Assembly (NCBI GenBank): GCA_951406725.2 | Contig: OX597814.1 | Location: 62,620,001 to 62,684,000 of the forward strand | Reading direction: 5' to 3' | DNA length: 64,000 bases | DNA from: Octopus vulgaris | Lineage: Eukaryota | In this document: positions 53,403-64,000 of the stretch, piece after piece | How positions within the stretch are numbered: the stretch's first letter is position 1 | Layout: each line of letters begins with the position of its first letter | Notes under the pieces: model-generated | What the model saw: the letters and a program-made list of their open reading frames with translations, nothing else | The model's database searches: none | What the model was told of the DNA's origin: nothing | Translations under genes and position numbers: made by a program

Positions 53403-54135
53403 ATTTACATAGTTGGTGATGTCCTGTACTCATATATGCACACACACACACACACACACTCACTCACTCACACAAACACACACACATATATATATATGCA
53501 TATATATATTATTTATATTATTATTATTTAATTGAACGCCACGCATCCATTTCTAAGTAAGTTTATCTTAAACTTTTTGATGCGATTCTACTGTATACTG
53601 TTGTCTCCCCCATCCTTCTCTAATTCCCTTTTTCTCCCCTTCACCGTCTCCTATCTCTCTCTCTCTCTCTCCCCCTCTTTCTTTTTTCTCTCTCTCTCGT
53701 TGCTCACACGTGAACATCGTCCATCTTTCTTTTCCTGCACGACGTTCTAAGGACTGGACGTCTTCTATCTCTCTCTTTGATCGTTTCTCTTTTCAACGAA
53801 AATATTTTTCTCTGCGTTCACTATTTTCCTCTCGTTCAGGTCTAATGATCCTCCATATTTGTTTTCGTTCGATTTCCTTGCATGTCTCCACTGTCCTGTT
53901 TTTATTCCCAACTTTGACCTTCCATAATCCTAAATTTTATTTTAGAATTTATGGGACCAACTGTCTTTGGTAACTCATATTTTCGTTGAATGCTTGAAAT
54001 GAGGAGTAGATAGACAGTTTTATGTATTACTTGCCTTGTTTTCAACTTTTCTCTCGTTGTTTGCGTATTTAACTCGTTGTTTTCGTACTTCATGTTCTTT
54101 ACACAGTTGGTGATGTCCTGTACCCATATATGCAT
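53400..54135 (+). mobile_element. Diverged relative of the 30356/41318 element
   Basis: acgcatccatttctaagtaagttt start; direct repeat agttggtgatgtcctgtac at 53411 and 54105; structured core decayed. Confidence 0.65.
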
Positions 54136-54146
54136 ATATATATATG

Positions 54147-54227
<81 letters not shown>

Positions 54228-54424
54228 TGTATGTATGTATATACACACATACGCACACACGTTTGTGTCTGTACGCGAGTGTGTATGTTTGCATGTTTGT
54301 GATAGTGTATACGTGTACATATTATGGATATCCGTAATGTTCAGTCTTGTGTATGTGTGTGTTGCAAGCGATGTATGCAATGTAGGCAACTATACATGAA
54401 GTATGTATTGTGTACATGTATCTA

Positions 54425-54663
54425 TAAAGGGTAAAGACACCCTTCGGTCATGAATGACCATGGCATTGCACCTAGGAAGTTATCCTCCGAGGTACAAGTC
54501 CGGGCAAGGTTGTTTATGGAAGACCAGCAGTCGCCCATGCATACCAGCCTCCCCTCTCCATGCCATTGATGTTATCCAAAGGAAAGGCAAAGGCCGATAC
54601 AGCTTGGCACCAGTGACGTCGCAACTCATTTCTACATCTGAGTAAACTGGAGCAACGTGAAAT
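54425..54663 (-). mobile_element. 3' part of the CORE-SINE family of 27574
   Basis: Reverse complement of 27650-27870. Confidence 0.85.
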
Positions 54664-54759
54664 AAGGAGCAAGGTGAAATGTTGATCGATATATATATAT
54701 ATATATATATACATCTATACATATCGTTCGACATCGATATGTAAGATAACATTATGAGA

Positions 54760-55160
54760 GCTGAAAAAGAGCATCACGGAAAGTATGCCCTGAATGATGA
54801 CCTAGGATATACACCCTGAAAAAATGCACAACACTACTGCAACGCTTTCTCACATGTGAGACAACACATATGCTATTAAAAAGTCATAGATAACCCATGA
54901 TAGTGACGTTTATAGTGCAGGATATTCTGGATAACCGGAATATTACTTTATCATTTTGAAGAATACGCTTTTGCAATGCAAGGATAGGAATGCAGATAAA
55001 CAACCTAGATCCGACAACAGATGCAAGTTCTGCGGAAAAACATTGAAGATGCCATCTCCATATTACACAATCACCCGAAAATGACCTCAGAGCATCACCT
55101 ACCTATGAAACATGATGTTGAGCAATACATAATAAAATCTGTAAAATGGATAATCCCCAG
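54760..55160 (+). mobile_element. Dong/R4-type LINE fragments (CCHC region)
   Basis: EEYAFAMQ..DNRCKFCGKNIEDAISILHNHPKM..LPMKHDV. Confidence 0.6.
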
Positions 55161-55208
55161 GAGAAAAAAATAATCTGTTCCCAAATTTTATTTGATTTGC
55201 TTTGCGAG

Positions 55209-55299
55209 AAGGACTGTTTCAACGAAGTCGCGTATTGTCCTTGCCTTCGTAACGTGGAGTAGATGAAATAGGGACAACTGAAGAAGGGGAATATTCTTT
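55209..55299 (+). ncRNA. Candidate type II hammerhead, copy 4 (in element 55182-55505)
   Basis: aaggac tgtttc aac GAAG tcgcg TA ttgtcctt [27 nt] agggacaa CTGAAGA agg ggaata ttcttt. Confidence 0.65.
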
Positions 55300-55509
55300 A
55301 TGTTGCATGTCTCGTTTCTCTGTTTGTTTTTTTTCGTTGTTCGCAAAATAGTTCGTTTTCTATGTTTTTGTTTTTATATTTTCGTTTCTCATTGTGTTCA
55401 ACGTTTTTTTGATGTCATGTACCCATATATGCATGTATATATATACATATATAAGTAGGTATGTACATATATGTATGTATATATGCATATATTTATATAT
55501 TATTTATAT

Positions 55510-55570
<61 letters not shown>

Positions 55571-55744
55571 CTCTCTCTTCCCCCTCTCTCTCTATCTATC
55601 CCTATATCTATATGTACACTCACAAAAATTAAAAGATATGAGATGTATCACGCATACTTCTACTGCTGCACATGTACATAGTTGTCTAGCTCTATGTTGC
55701 TGTAGTTTGGTCGTTATTAAGACTTAAATAAATAAGCAAAGCAG

Positions 55745-56824
55745 CTATACGAGTACAGATATGTAGTGCGCACTCATCGGATTTTCGTTTTCACGCAAGA
55801 TGACAGAACGCATTTTATCAAGTTTTGTCAAACGCTTCGTAATACTATAACTCAAACAATCCAGAAAATTCAACAAGCATTCGTTGATGATAACATGGGC
55901 AAAACGTGGATCAACCGCTTCAAACATAGCCGAAACTAAGAGCCGACTGAAAATGTTCGGCGAATAGTCATGGAAGACAGTCGTGTAACAATCCAGGAAA
56001 TTTCTCATGAAGTGGGAATAAGAACAGGATCAGTGAATTCCATTTTAACGGAAGATTTGTGCGTGTGAAGAGCATCCGTGAAATTCGTCTCCAAGGTGCT
56101 GTTGGAACAGCAAAAGCAACTCTGCATGAAAGTCGCTCAGGACATGCTGGACTGTGCAAACCACGACCCAGACTTCGTGAAAACTATCATCACTGGTGAT
56201 GAAATATGGTTTTATGGTCACGACACGGAAACCAAGTTCCTGTCCTTCCAATGGAAGCATCTGTCCTAACCAAAGTCCCACCCCGCCAAAGCACGACAAG
56301 TTCACAGCAATGTGAAGGTAATGTTGACCTGTTTCTTTGACTCCTGTGGTATTGTGAATCATGATTACGCACCACAAAGCCAAACAATCAATAAAAAATA
56401 CTACCTGGATCTTATATGTCGCCTTTGTCGAAAGCGGCCGGACGTGTGGGCGGCGAAGAATTGGCAACTTCACCATGACAATACACTCGCTCTTTCCACC
56501 CTCATAGTCCATGCTTTCCTAGTCAAGAACAAAACACTACTTGTTGGACTACTTGTTCGACAGGCTCCCTATTCTCCTGTTTTGGCATCAAGTGACTTCT
56601 CGTACACTGAAAGGGAATCGAGTTGAGTCGTGAGACGAAATTATGCTGAGCTCCATATCATTTCAGAGAAGGGGTTCTACGGGTCATGCCAGCATTGGCT
56701 GAACCGCGTGGAGAAGTGTGTGAATTCTTAAGGTGGGTAATTTGAAGGTGATTAAATAAAATTTGTGAGCTGTGGAAAATTGTTTTTCATGTCTCAAAAT
56801 CGGATACTTGTTGAACACACCACG
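55745..56824 (+). mobile_element. Decayed mariner transposon
   Basis: KFVSKVLL, IITGDEIWFYGHDTETK, KVMLTCFFD, WQLHHDN, QAPYSPVLASSDF; right TIR cggatacttgttgaacacaccacg followed by TA. Confidence 0.9.
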
Positions 56825-56937
56825 TATACTTTTTCATTTCGTTTGTGTCACTTCTACATTGTAGCAAACTCTAACAATCATACTTGATTGTTAGAATATC
56901 GGCTTGTGTTATGGCATCGAAACGCTGAGAATCCCAG

Positions 56938-57081
56938 ATTCTTCTTCTTCTTCTTCTTCTTCTTCTTCTTCTTCTTCTTCTTCTTCTTCTTCTTCTTCTT
57001 CTTCTTCTTCTTCTTCTTCTTCTTCTTCTTCTTCTTCTTCTTCTTCTTCTTCTTCTTCTTCTTCTTCTTCTTCTTCTTCTT
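56938..57081. repeat. (CTT)n microsatellite, ~47 units
   Basis: Directly visible. Confidence 0.95.
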
Positions 57082-57461
57082 TGGGAGAAAACTCTAAAAA
57101 AAAAAAAATAAAAAGGAGAAAAGAAAATAGAGTTGTCTGTAATGAACGTTTGGAGGAAATATTTGATTTGGAGAAAGTTATTTTAGTTCACAGTTTATTA
57201 GATGCATAGAAAGAGGGGAGAACATGTAAATTTAAATTACCTTAGAAATGTACGAATTGGCTGAAACAGTTCCAATTTATTTTCTTCTCTGATAGAATAA
57301 CCGCAATTGTTAGCCAGCTGTTTCTCAGTTATGTTGTTCCGAAAAGAGATTATTTAATTCTAACCATTTTGAGTAATACATGATTGCTCCTTCACTATAT
57401 ATATATATAGCTAAACAGCACATTACCCAGCTCGAGTTCGTTTACACAATCATTGTGCATT

Positions 57462-57511
<50 letters not shown>

Positions 57512-57585
57512 TACGTATCTTTTAATGAAAGAGGTAGAAAACGAAGTTAAAATGAAGAATTGAGACCGTTGTGATATTTATTCTA

Positions 57586-57803
57586 CGAGGAGGAGCTGAA
57601 AAGTTCCTGGCTTTTGGGTAAAAGGAAATACGGGAGGATCAGTTAATTATGACGTTATAAAATATATTCTCCTCTCAGATTCATGCACTCATTGCAGCAC
57701 TCCTTCAGTTTTTCTAAGCTCTCTAAAAGAACTTGGAATGTTGGGCCTGCAAGCAAGTTTTTCGCGATACCGTCAAAGCCAGAAACTTTTCAGCACCCCC
57801 TTG
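57586..57803. mobile_element. mariner-type MITE
   Basis: TIRs cgaggaggagctgaaaagttcctggcttt / aaagccagaaacttttcagcacccccttg with TA on both sides. Confidence 0.85.
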
Positions 57804-58040
57804 TACATCGACACACGCCTGTTTCTCACGCCGTCTAAAACAGGACAAACTACTGTTTAACTCGCTGGAAACATAGAGATAACGATACTAATGTTCACTA
57901 ACTGCAGTATATACAAAAATTAATCAATAATCCGCTTCTAATGAAATAATCGAAACAACAGATCATTGTAATACATACAATAACTACATATTCGTGCATA
58001 CTAATATACAAACAAATATATATTCATATATACCTATATG

Positions 58041-58353
58041 TGGAGGCGCATTGACTCAGTGGTTAGGGCAGCGGACTCGCGGTCGGAGGATCGTGGTTTA
58101 GATTCCCAAATCGGGCGTTGTGTGTGTTTATTGAGCGAAAGCACCTAAAGCTCCACGAGGCTCCAGTAGGGGGTGGTGGCGACCCCTGTTGTACTCTTTC
58201 GCCCCAAATTTCTCTCACTCTTTCTTTCGTTTATTGAGTAATGAAGCGATGGACTGGCGTCCCGTCCAGCTGGGGGGAACACATACGCCACAGAAACCAG
58301 GAAACCGGGTCCATGAGCCTGGCTAGGATTGAAAAGGGCGCATAAATAAAAAA
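58041..58353 (+). mobile_element. Full-length tRNA-derived SINE (V/Meta-like gatggactggcgtcccgtccag domain)
   Basis: A and B boxes, central body, A-rich tail; head also present at 15157-15271. Confidence 0.85.
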
Positions 58354-58824
58354 TAGATATACCTATATAAGAAGTTACAAATGAAAGAGTGTCTGTGCAC
58401 TGTTCTTTTTAAAATGTTTGTAATGTTTAAGTAAAATAGATCAGACACAATGGTTTGCATTAGAAAAAAATAAATGTGCACAATATTACCAAATAAAATG
58501 ATAAAAAAAAGCCTTACCACTAATCTTGAGAAGTTCAGTTTCGCAAAATCAGACAGGGAATAGCTTACAAGCCTGTTAATTACAAAACTACTTTTGCAAT
58601 TAGAAGTACAGTACTGAATGTATGTAAATCGTTCTAGTTGTTCTAGCCTGTGCGAACAAACGTATACGTATGTATAGATGTCAGATATTCGTGTATGCAT
58701 ACATTGATATTAGCAGGCTGACACATTTACACATACATGCAGACATATCGGCTTCTTAAATCCCAATGACAAAGCCTGGTTCCTGAGTTTGGAACTAACT
58801 CTTTCTCGATTCATGAGAAATATT

Positions 58825-59037
58825 GATTTTAAAATTTGGCGCAAGGCCAGCAATTACGGGTGAGGAGGTAAGTCGATTGCATTGCCCAAGTGATCAACAG
58901 GTACATAGTTTATGGACCTCAAAAGGATGAAAAAGGAAGCTTATTCCGGCGGAATTTGAACTCTGGACGTAAAGATAGACGAAATGCCGCTAAGCATTTT
59001 TCCAGGCGCAGTAACCTTTCTGTAAGCTCGCCGCCTT
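58825..59037 (-). mobile_element. Nin-like SINE, diverged
   Basis: Family motifs. Confidence 0.8.
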
Positions 59038-59093
59038 ATTTACGAGAAATATTAAAAATATAATCTTACGAACACACATACATTTACACACAA

Positions 59094-59162
<69 letters not shown>

Positions 59163-59511
59163 TACATATATGAATATTCATAGATATGTGTGAGTGTATG
59201 CGTGTTGGTATGAGGATGAAAATTGTCTTGATATGAAAAACGAGGTAGGAAGGTAAGAAAAAAGCGAAAAATGTATAGATTTTGGAAGAAAGGGGTTAAA
59301 GATGTATGAACAGAAATGCATTATAGATCGAAGTAAAGTAAGTAGAACGTTTCCATATGTGTTGCTGTATCTTTAAGAAGTGTGGTACGCAAAAAAGGTT
59401 GCCCGGGTTCGATTTGATAGCTCGGTATCTTGTCAAAGGTCTTGTAGTAAAGGCTTATTTTGGCCTATACCTTGTAGGTGAAATTTAAATGGAAACAGTA
59501 CAATAATTCAT

Positions 59512-59952
59512 TGTATGTATGTATATATGTCTCTTCTACTTTTTAATTATATAAATCTCCCACTGAGGAGGGAGTCAGTTTTCAACACAGATACAAAGTT
59601 CCATCTTTGGGATGTAGTTAATACAAATTCACATTTGTAACTTGAGAAAAGTCTTGCATATTTTTACTGTTCCACTCACAGATTGCACTTGTAATGTATG
59701 AATTAGCCGGTCGATTTCTCTTTCTGAATATCCCAGTTTATCCAGATTCTTCTTTAAGTATTTACTAACAAAAAACCTAATGCTCCAATTATTATTGGTA
59801 TGAATACGAATTCATAGTCTAGATATAGAAACTGGAGGTTTCGAAGCAGTTGTCTATAGATATCCTCTTTTTCTTTGATTTTCAAAGAGATATTTATATC
59901 TGCCGGGCAGCTGACCTCTATGACGGTACATACCTTTGCTCTTTTGTCCCAA
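59512..59952 (-). mobile_element. 3' end of a Dong/R4-type LINE (restriction-like endonuclease tail plus 3' UTR)
   Basis: DKRAKVCTVIEVSCPADINISLKIKEKEDIYRQLLRNLQFLY..FIPIIIGALG..LQVQSVSGTVKICKTFLKLQM*; ends in (TACA)n. Confidence 0.85.
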
Positions 59953-59961
59953 ACAACAATA

Positions 59962-60256
59962 ATTTATCGACTCCGAAAAGATGAAAGGCAAAGTCGACCT
60001 CGGTGGAATTTGAACTCAGAACGTAAAGACAGACTAAATACCTATTTCTTTACTACCCACAAGGGGCTAAACACAGAGAGGACAAACAAGGACAGACAAA
60101 CGGATTAAGTCGATTATATCTGGTAACTGGTACTTAATTTATCGACCCCGAAAGGATGACAAGCAAAGTCGACCTCGGCGGAATTTGAACTCAGAGCGTA
60201 ACGGCAGACGAAATACGGCTACGCATTTCGCCCGGCTTGCTAACGTTTTTGCCAGA
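59962..60256 (-). mobile_element. Dimeric Nin-like SINE
   Basis: Same monomer junction as 19815-20212. Confidence 0.9.
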
Positions 60257-61391
60257 TCTAATGATATTGTCTTGAAATTTGAAAAAAATGTCTGATTCCT
60301 CTATATCCTTTTGTGTGGGAATTATTCTTCTATATTTATGTATTTAAAACATTTTGTATGTAGTCGACTATTTCATCAATTTTTTGAATTTAATACGATT
60401 TTATGTACAAGTGCTGTATCTATTTTAGTAGGCCTTCGCAAAAAAAAATTATGAGCATTTGTCACGTGAGGAGAAGAGATATAACTTCATTTCATGAGGA
60501 AAATTCATAATTTCAGATTCTATAGAAAAGCATAAAAAAGCAAACATTAAAAAACAATTTAAAGAAAGAAAACAAACCATTAATGTTAAAATCAAGAAAT
60601 TCAAGCATTAGAACAACATGATAAAGTAGCAAAATAGGATAACTGAAGGATAATTGAAAGATCAATGACAATATTATTTATCACCGTCATTTAAAAACTG
60701 CGATGTGAATGCCCCTAGTCCCTTTTCACCAGCGCAAACCAATGAAAAGTTAAAAAAAAATAAAAGGCCATTTCATCACTCAAGCACATTCTCTATAGAA
60801 GCGGCAATAAATAAATAAATAAATAAATAAAAGTTACTGAAAGAATAGAAATTGTATTGTAAAGTTTCTAAAAATGTCTCCTTCCATGAAAAAAATATAG
60901 CTACAAACTAACGTAGCAAAAATATTATCTTTTTGCGAAAGAATTAAGATTGTCTACAACCGATACAAGAATATTTGAAGGTTATATGTAAGTGTTTGCC
61001 TAGACATTCTATTCTGTTTAATGAAAATATCACTTCTGCTCCTGTTTATTTTGCTAAATTGGTGGGCAGTGTTGCTTTAAGAAAATTAAGACAATGTTTT
61101 AATGGAAAATATCTGAAAAACTGAATCCTAATGAAAGTTTATAGATCATTAAATCTAAGCTTAATTCACGAGTTATTATTTGTGACAGTTCCAAATTAGA
61201 GCCTACATTGTTGAAGGTAGTTTGCTGACAGTAAGGCTGACAGATAGCAATTCTGATAATGAATAGATATAAATTCTGTTGATTTTGCTTGATACTTGAA
61301 TACAATATGATTTTGACTTCAACTAAAACAGACTAATTTTGTTAAAGATTATACACACACACACACACACATATATATATATGTGTGTATG

Positions 61392-61429
<38 letters not shown>

Positions 61430-61601
61430 TGTATGTGTGTGTGTAAAGTTCGTGTCCGACTTGTATATCTGAAAAGTCTTGACTATTGTCAAGTGGTAAT
61501 ATCTGATGTGAAAGTGACGGTAATATTCTGACCAGTAATATGTTGTTTAAGGATATAAAGCTACACACGCTCTATTATTTACGGACAACTAACTGACAAT
61601 A

Positions 61602-61602
<1 letters not shown>

Positions 61603-61699
<97 letters not shown>
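61603..61699. repeat. (TATC)n microsatellite
   Basis: Directly visible; abuts the LINE. Confidence 0.95.
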
Positions 61700-61700
<1 letters not shown>

Positions 61701-62946
61701 GCTGAAGAAAGATCTAAACAAGGGAAATGTATTAGATAACTTTAGGCCCATCACTCTGCTTAATGCAGACTTGAAAATTTTGGCCAAGGTGTTAGCCAAG
61801 AGGTTGGCGCTTGTCATCGAGAAACTGGTCGACAAGGCGCAAACGTGCGCTGTGCCGGGCCGGAGCATCCATGACAACCTCCACCTGATGCGCTACATCA
61901 TAGACAGGGTAGTTAACGAACCTGGCATGGGTGGGGCGCTGATCAATTTGGATCAATCAAAAACTTTCGATAGGGTAGACCATCGATACTTGGGGGCTGT
62001 CCTCAGAGCGGCTGGCTTCGGTCCCATCTTCCGCGGCTGGATAGCCGCTTTGTACAGAGGCATCCGTTCGGTAATTCGCGTAAATGGACATATATCGAGA
62101 CCTTTCGACATCGCACGTTTGGTCCGTGAGGGATGCCCCCTCTCGTCGCTTCTATACGTATTGACTCTCGAGCCATTATTGCGGAAGATGGCAACTCTGA
62201 GGGGCATCCCGCGAGAACTGGGATGCTGGACGAGCGTGTCTGCATACGCGGACGACGTCACCGTCATAGTGTCTTGCCACGAGCACATCGAGCAGGTTGG
62301 CGAGACACTGAAAGACTACGAAGCGGTGACAGGAGCGAAAATCAACCGGGAAAAATCAGTGGGCTTGCGACTAGGCACCTGGAGAAGCAAACCCATGCCG
62401 TCCACCAGCGCCTCCGTCGAGTTGCTCGGGGTCTGGTTCGGTCCGGACCTCCAAGTGGAGAAGAACTGGAACGAGATAACGAGCAGGGTGGTCACTCTCG
62501 TCCGGCAATGGGCCGAGAGGAAACTGTCCCTAAAAGGTCGGGCGGAGGTGGCGAACACGTACATCGCGTCCGTCATCTACTACCGCCTGACCGTCGTGCC
62601 TTGTCCCGACACTACCATCACCAAACTAGAACGCATTCTCTTTCGCTTCTTGTGGAAAGGATGCGTCCCGATGGTCAGGCGATCCATTTGCTGTCAACAC
62701 CCGTTAAAAGGAGGACTGGGCATGCCGTGGTTGATGATGCACAGACACGCGCTGAGACTGCGACATCTCAGGCTCTTCGTAGACGACGGTGAACAGGTGT
62801 GGTCGCCGTTTATGGGGCACGCTTTCCCGCAGCTCGTCTCTATGACCGAACTGCAGTCGTGGATCAAAAAAGGCCGAGGAAGGGCGAATGGCACCGCGAG
62901 TGTCGCGTTGCTCTCAAGCAACTCTGCCGTCCTGGGTCGAGCTTGA
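61699..62946 (+). pseudogene. LINE ORF2 reverse transcriptase, N-truncated and frameshifted near 62870
   Basis: 415-aa open frame with RT motifs; the ATG is formed at the microsatellite junction, and there is a stop at ~63111 downstream. Confidence 0.85.
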
Positions 62947-64000
62947 GTGACTCCATCACAACCAAAGCATTCTATAGGGGATTAGTGGAGGGGAGGTACG
63001 ACGACGAGCTCGGGGCGAACCTGGACGTCGACGAGGAATACCTGACCCGCCTGTTCAGGACGACTTTCGGGCCAGGACCCCTGGACAACTTCCAGAGATC
63101 CCTGGCCTGGTAGTGCTACCGAGAAGCGCTACCCGTTCGGGATAAGCTCTAGAGACACGGCTCGAGAAACACGGGGCCGACCTACCCGAGATGTGGTCAG
63201 AGCGACGAAACCGTTCTGCATGCACTCGTGCAGTGTCCAACAATTTTCGACCTGTGTCACGTGTGGGACGAGTCGGTTTATCAGCTGAGTCTATCGTCAA
63301 TATTGTCACGCCTCCTTCCTTCAAACGGGAAGGAAGAGCTATTTTCATCATCCTTGTGGCTATGGCGAAAGAATGTATCTGGTGGACGCATCTGAAAGGA
63401 TTGGAGACAAACACTTTCCTCTCTGGTCAATCTCTCATCAACTTCTTCAAGTACCACTTGAAAAGGAAAGTGAGAGTAGAGAGGCAAGCGAATGTTTTAA
63501 AAAAAGATGGGTGAATGTAGCAAGGATGGCACGTATGAATGACGAAGCCACCTTGAGCATAATCCTATGAACCCAGAATTTAAAACAGAGGGTTACCTAC
63601 TTGCAAACAAATGTGGTAACATATAACAATATTGACCGAGGTTACCGTGGTCTTTTTCGTAGGCTTTTCTTCCCACGGATAAACCTTATCTGCTTCCCCC
63701 CTTACGCCGTACATCATGACACTGTGATACACGATCCCTATTGATCGTTTTTTTTCCTCTTCCCCTTTTTTCCTCTTTTTTCTTCTTTTTTCCTTTTTCT
63801 TTTCTCTTGTTTCTTTTCCTTTTTTCCTTTTTTTTCTTTTTTTTTCTTTTTCTCTTTTTACGATCCCTTTTGATCGAAAACCTACGCCACTTTTTTTTGT
63901 TTCTTTTGTTTTTTGTTTTTTGTTTTTTTCATCCCCCAAAAGAAAAGCTCTACTCTGTAATTTGTCCCATCTGTGTGCAGCCCTGTGTGGCCAATAAAGA
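61699..64000 (+). mobile_element. Young 5'-truncated L1-clade (Tx1-like) LINE: RT, zinc knuckle, 3' UTR
   Basis: NFRPITLLNADLKILAK, LDQSKTFDRV, GCPLS, AYADD, GGLG; after a frameshift, YPRCGQSDETVLHALVQCP. T-rich 3' UTR with AATAAA at 63993; GC- and CpG-rich relative to flanks. Confidence 0.95.

Noticed and set aside
61953-63414. Overlapping alternative-frame and antisense ORFs in the LINE
   Set aside because: By-products of GC-rich coding sequence and frameshifts.

Overview
AT-rich eukaryotic DNA, intronic or intergenic, saturated with microsatellites and transposon debris. The SINE repertoire and (TA)n density suggest an Octopus species (inference). I find no convincing host protein-coding exon, rRNA, true tRNA gene or CRISPR array, and almost all listed ORFs are microsatellite artefacts. 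Recognisable elements: a young 5'-truncated L1/Tx1-like LINE (61699-64000) and an ancient copy of the same family (1-514, plus an ORF1 remnant); Penelope-like (PLE) RT and GIY-YIG remnants; Dong/R4 and RTE LINE fragments; mariner, DD37D, Merlin and Chapaev-like DNA transposons and MITEs; and four SINE families. The main signal is RNA structure. Many short (TA)n-embedded elements with Penelope-style direct and inverted terminal repeats carry hammerhead ribozyme (HHR) motifs: roughly 15 type I motifs from intact to decayed. One repeat family (4 clear copies) folds, with compensatory substitutions, into a type II hammerhead with a variant core. All folds were derived by eye and no activity is demonstrated.
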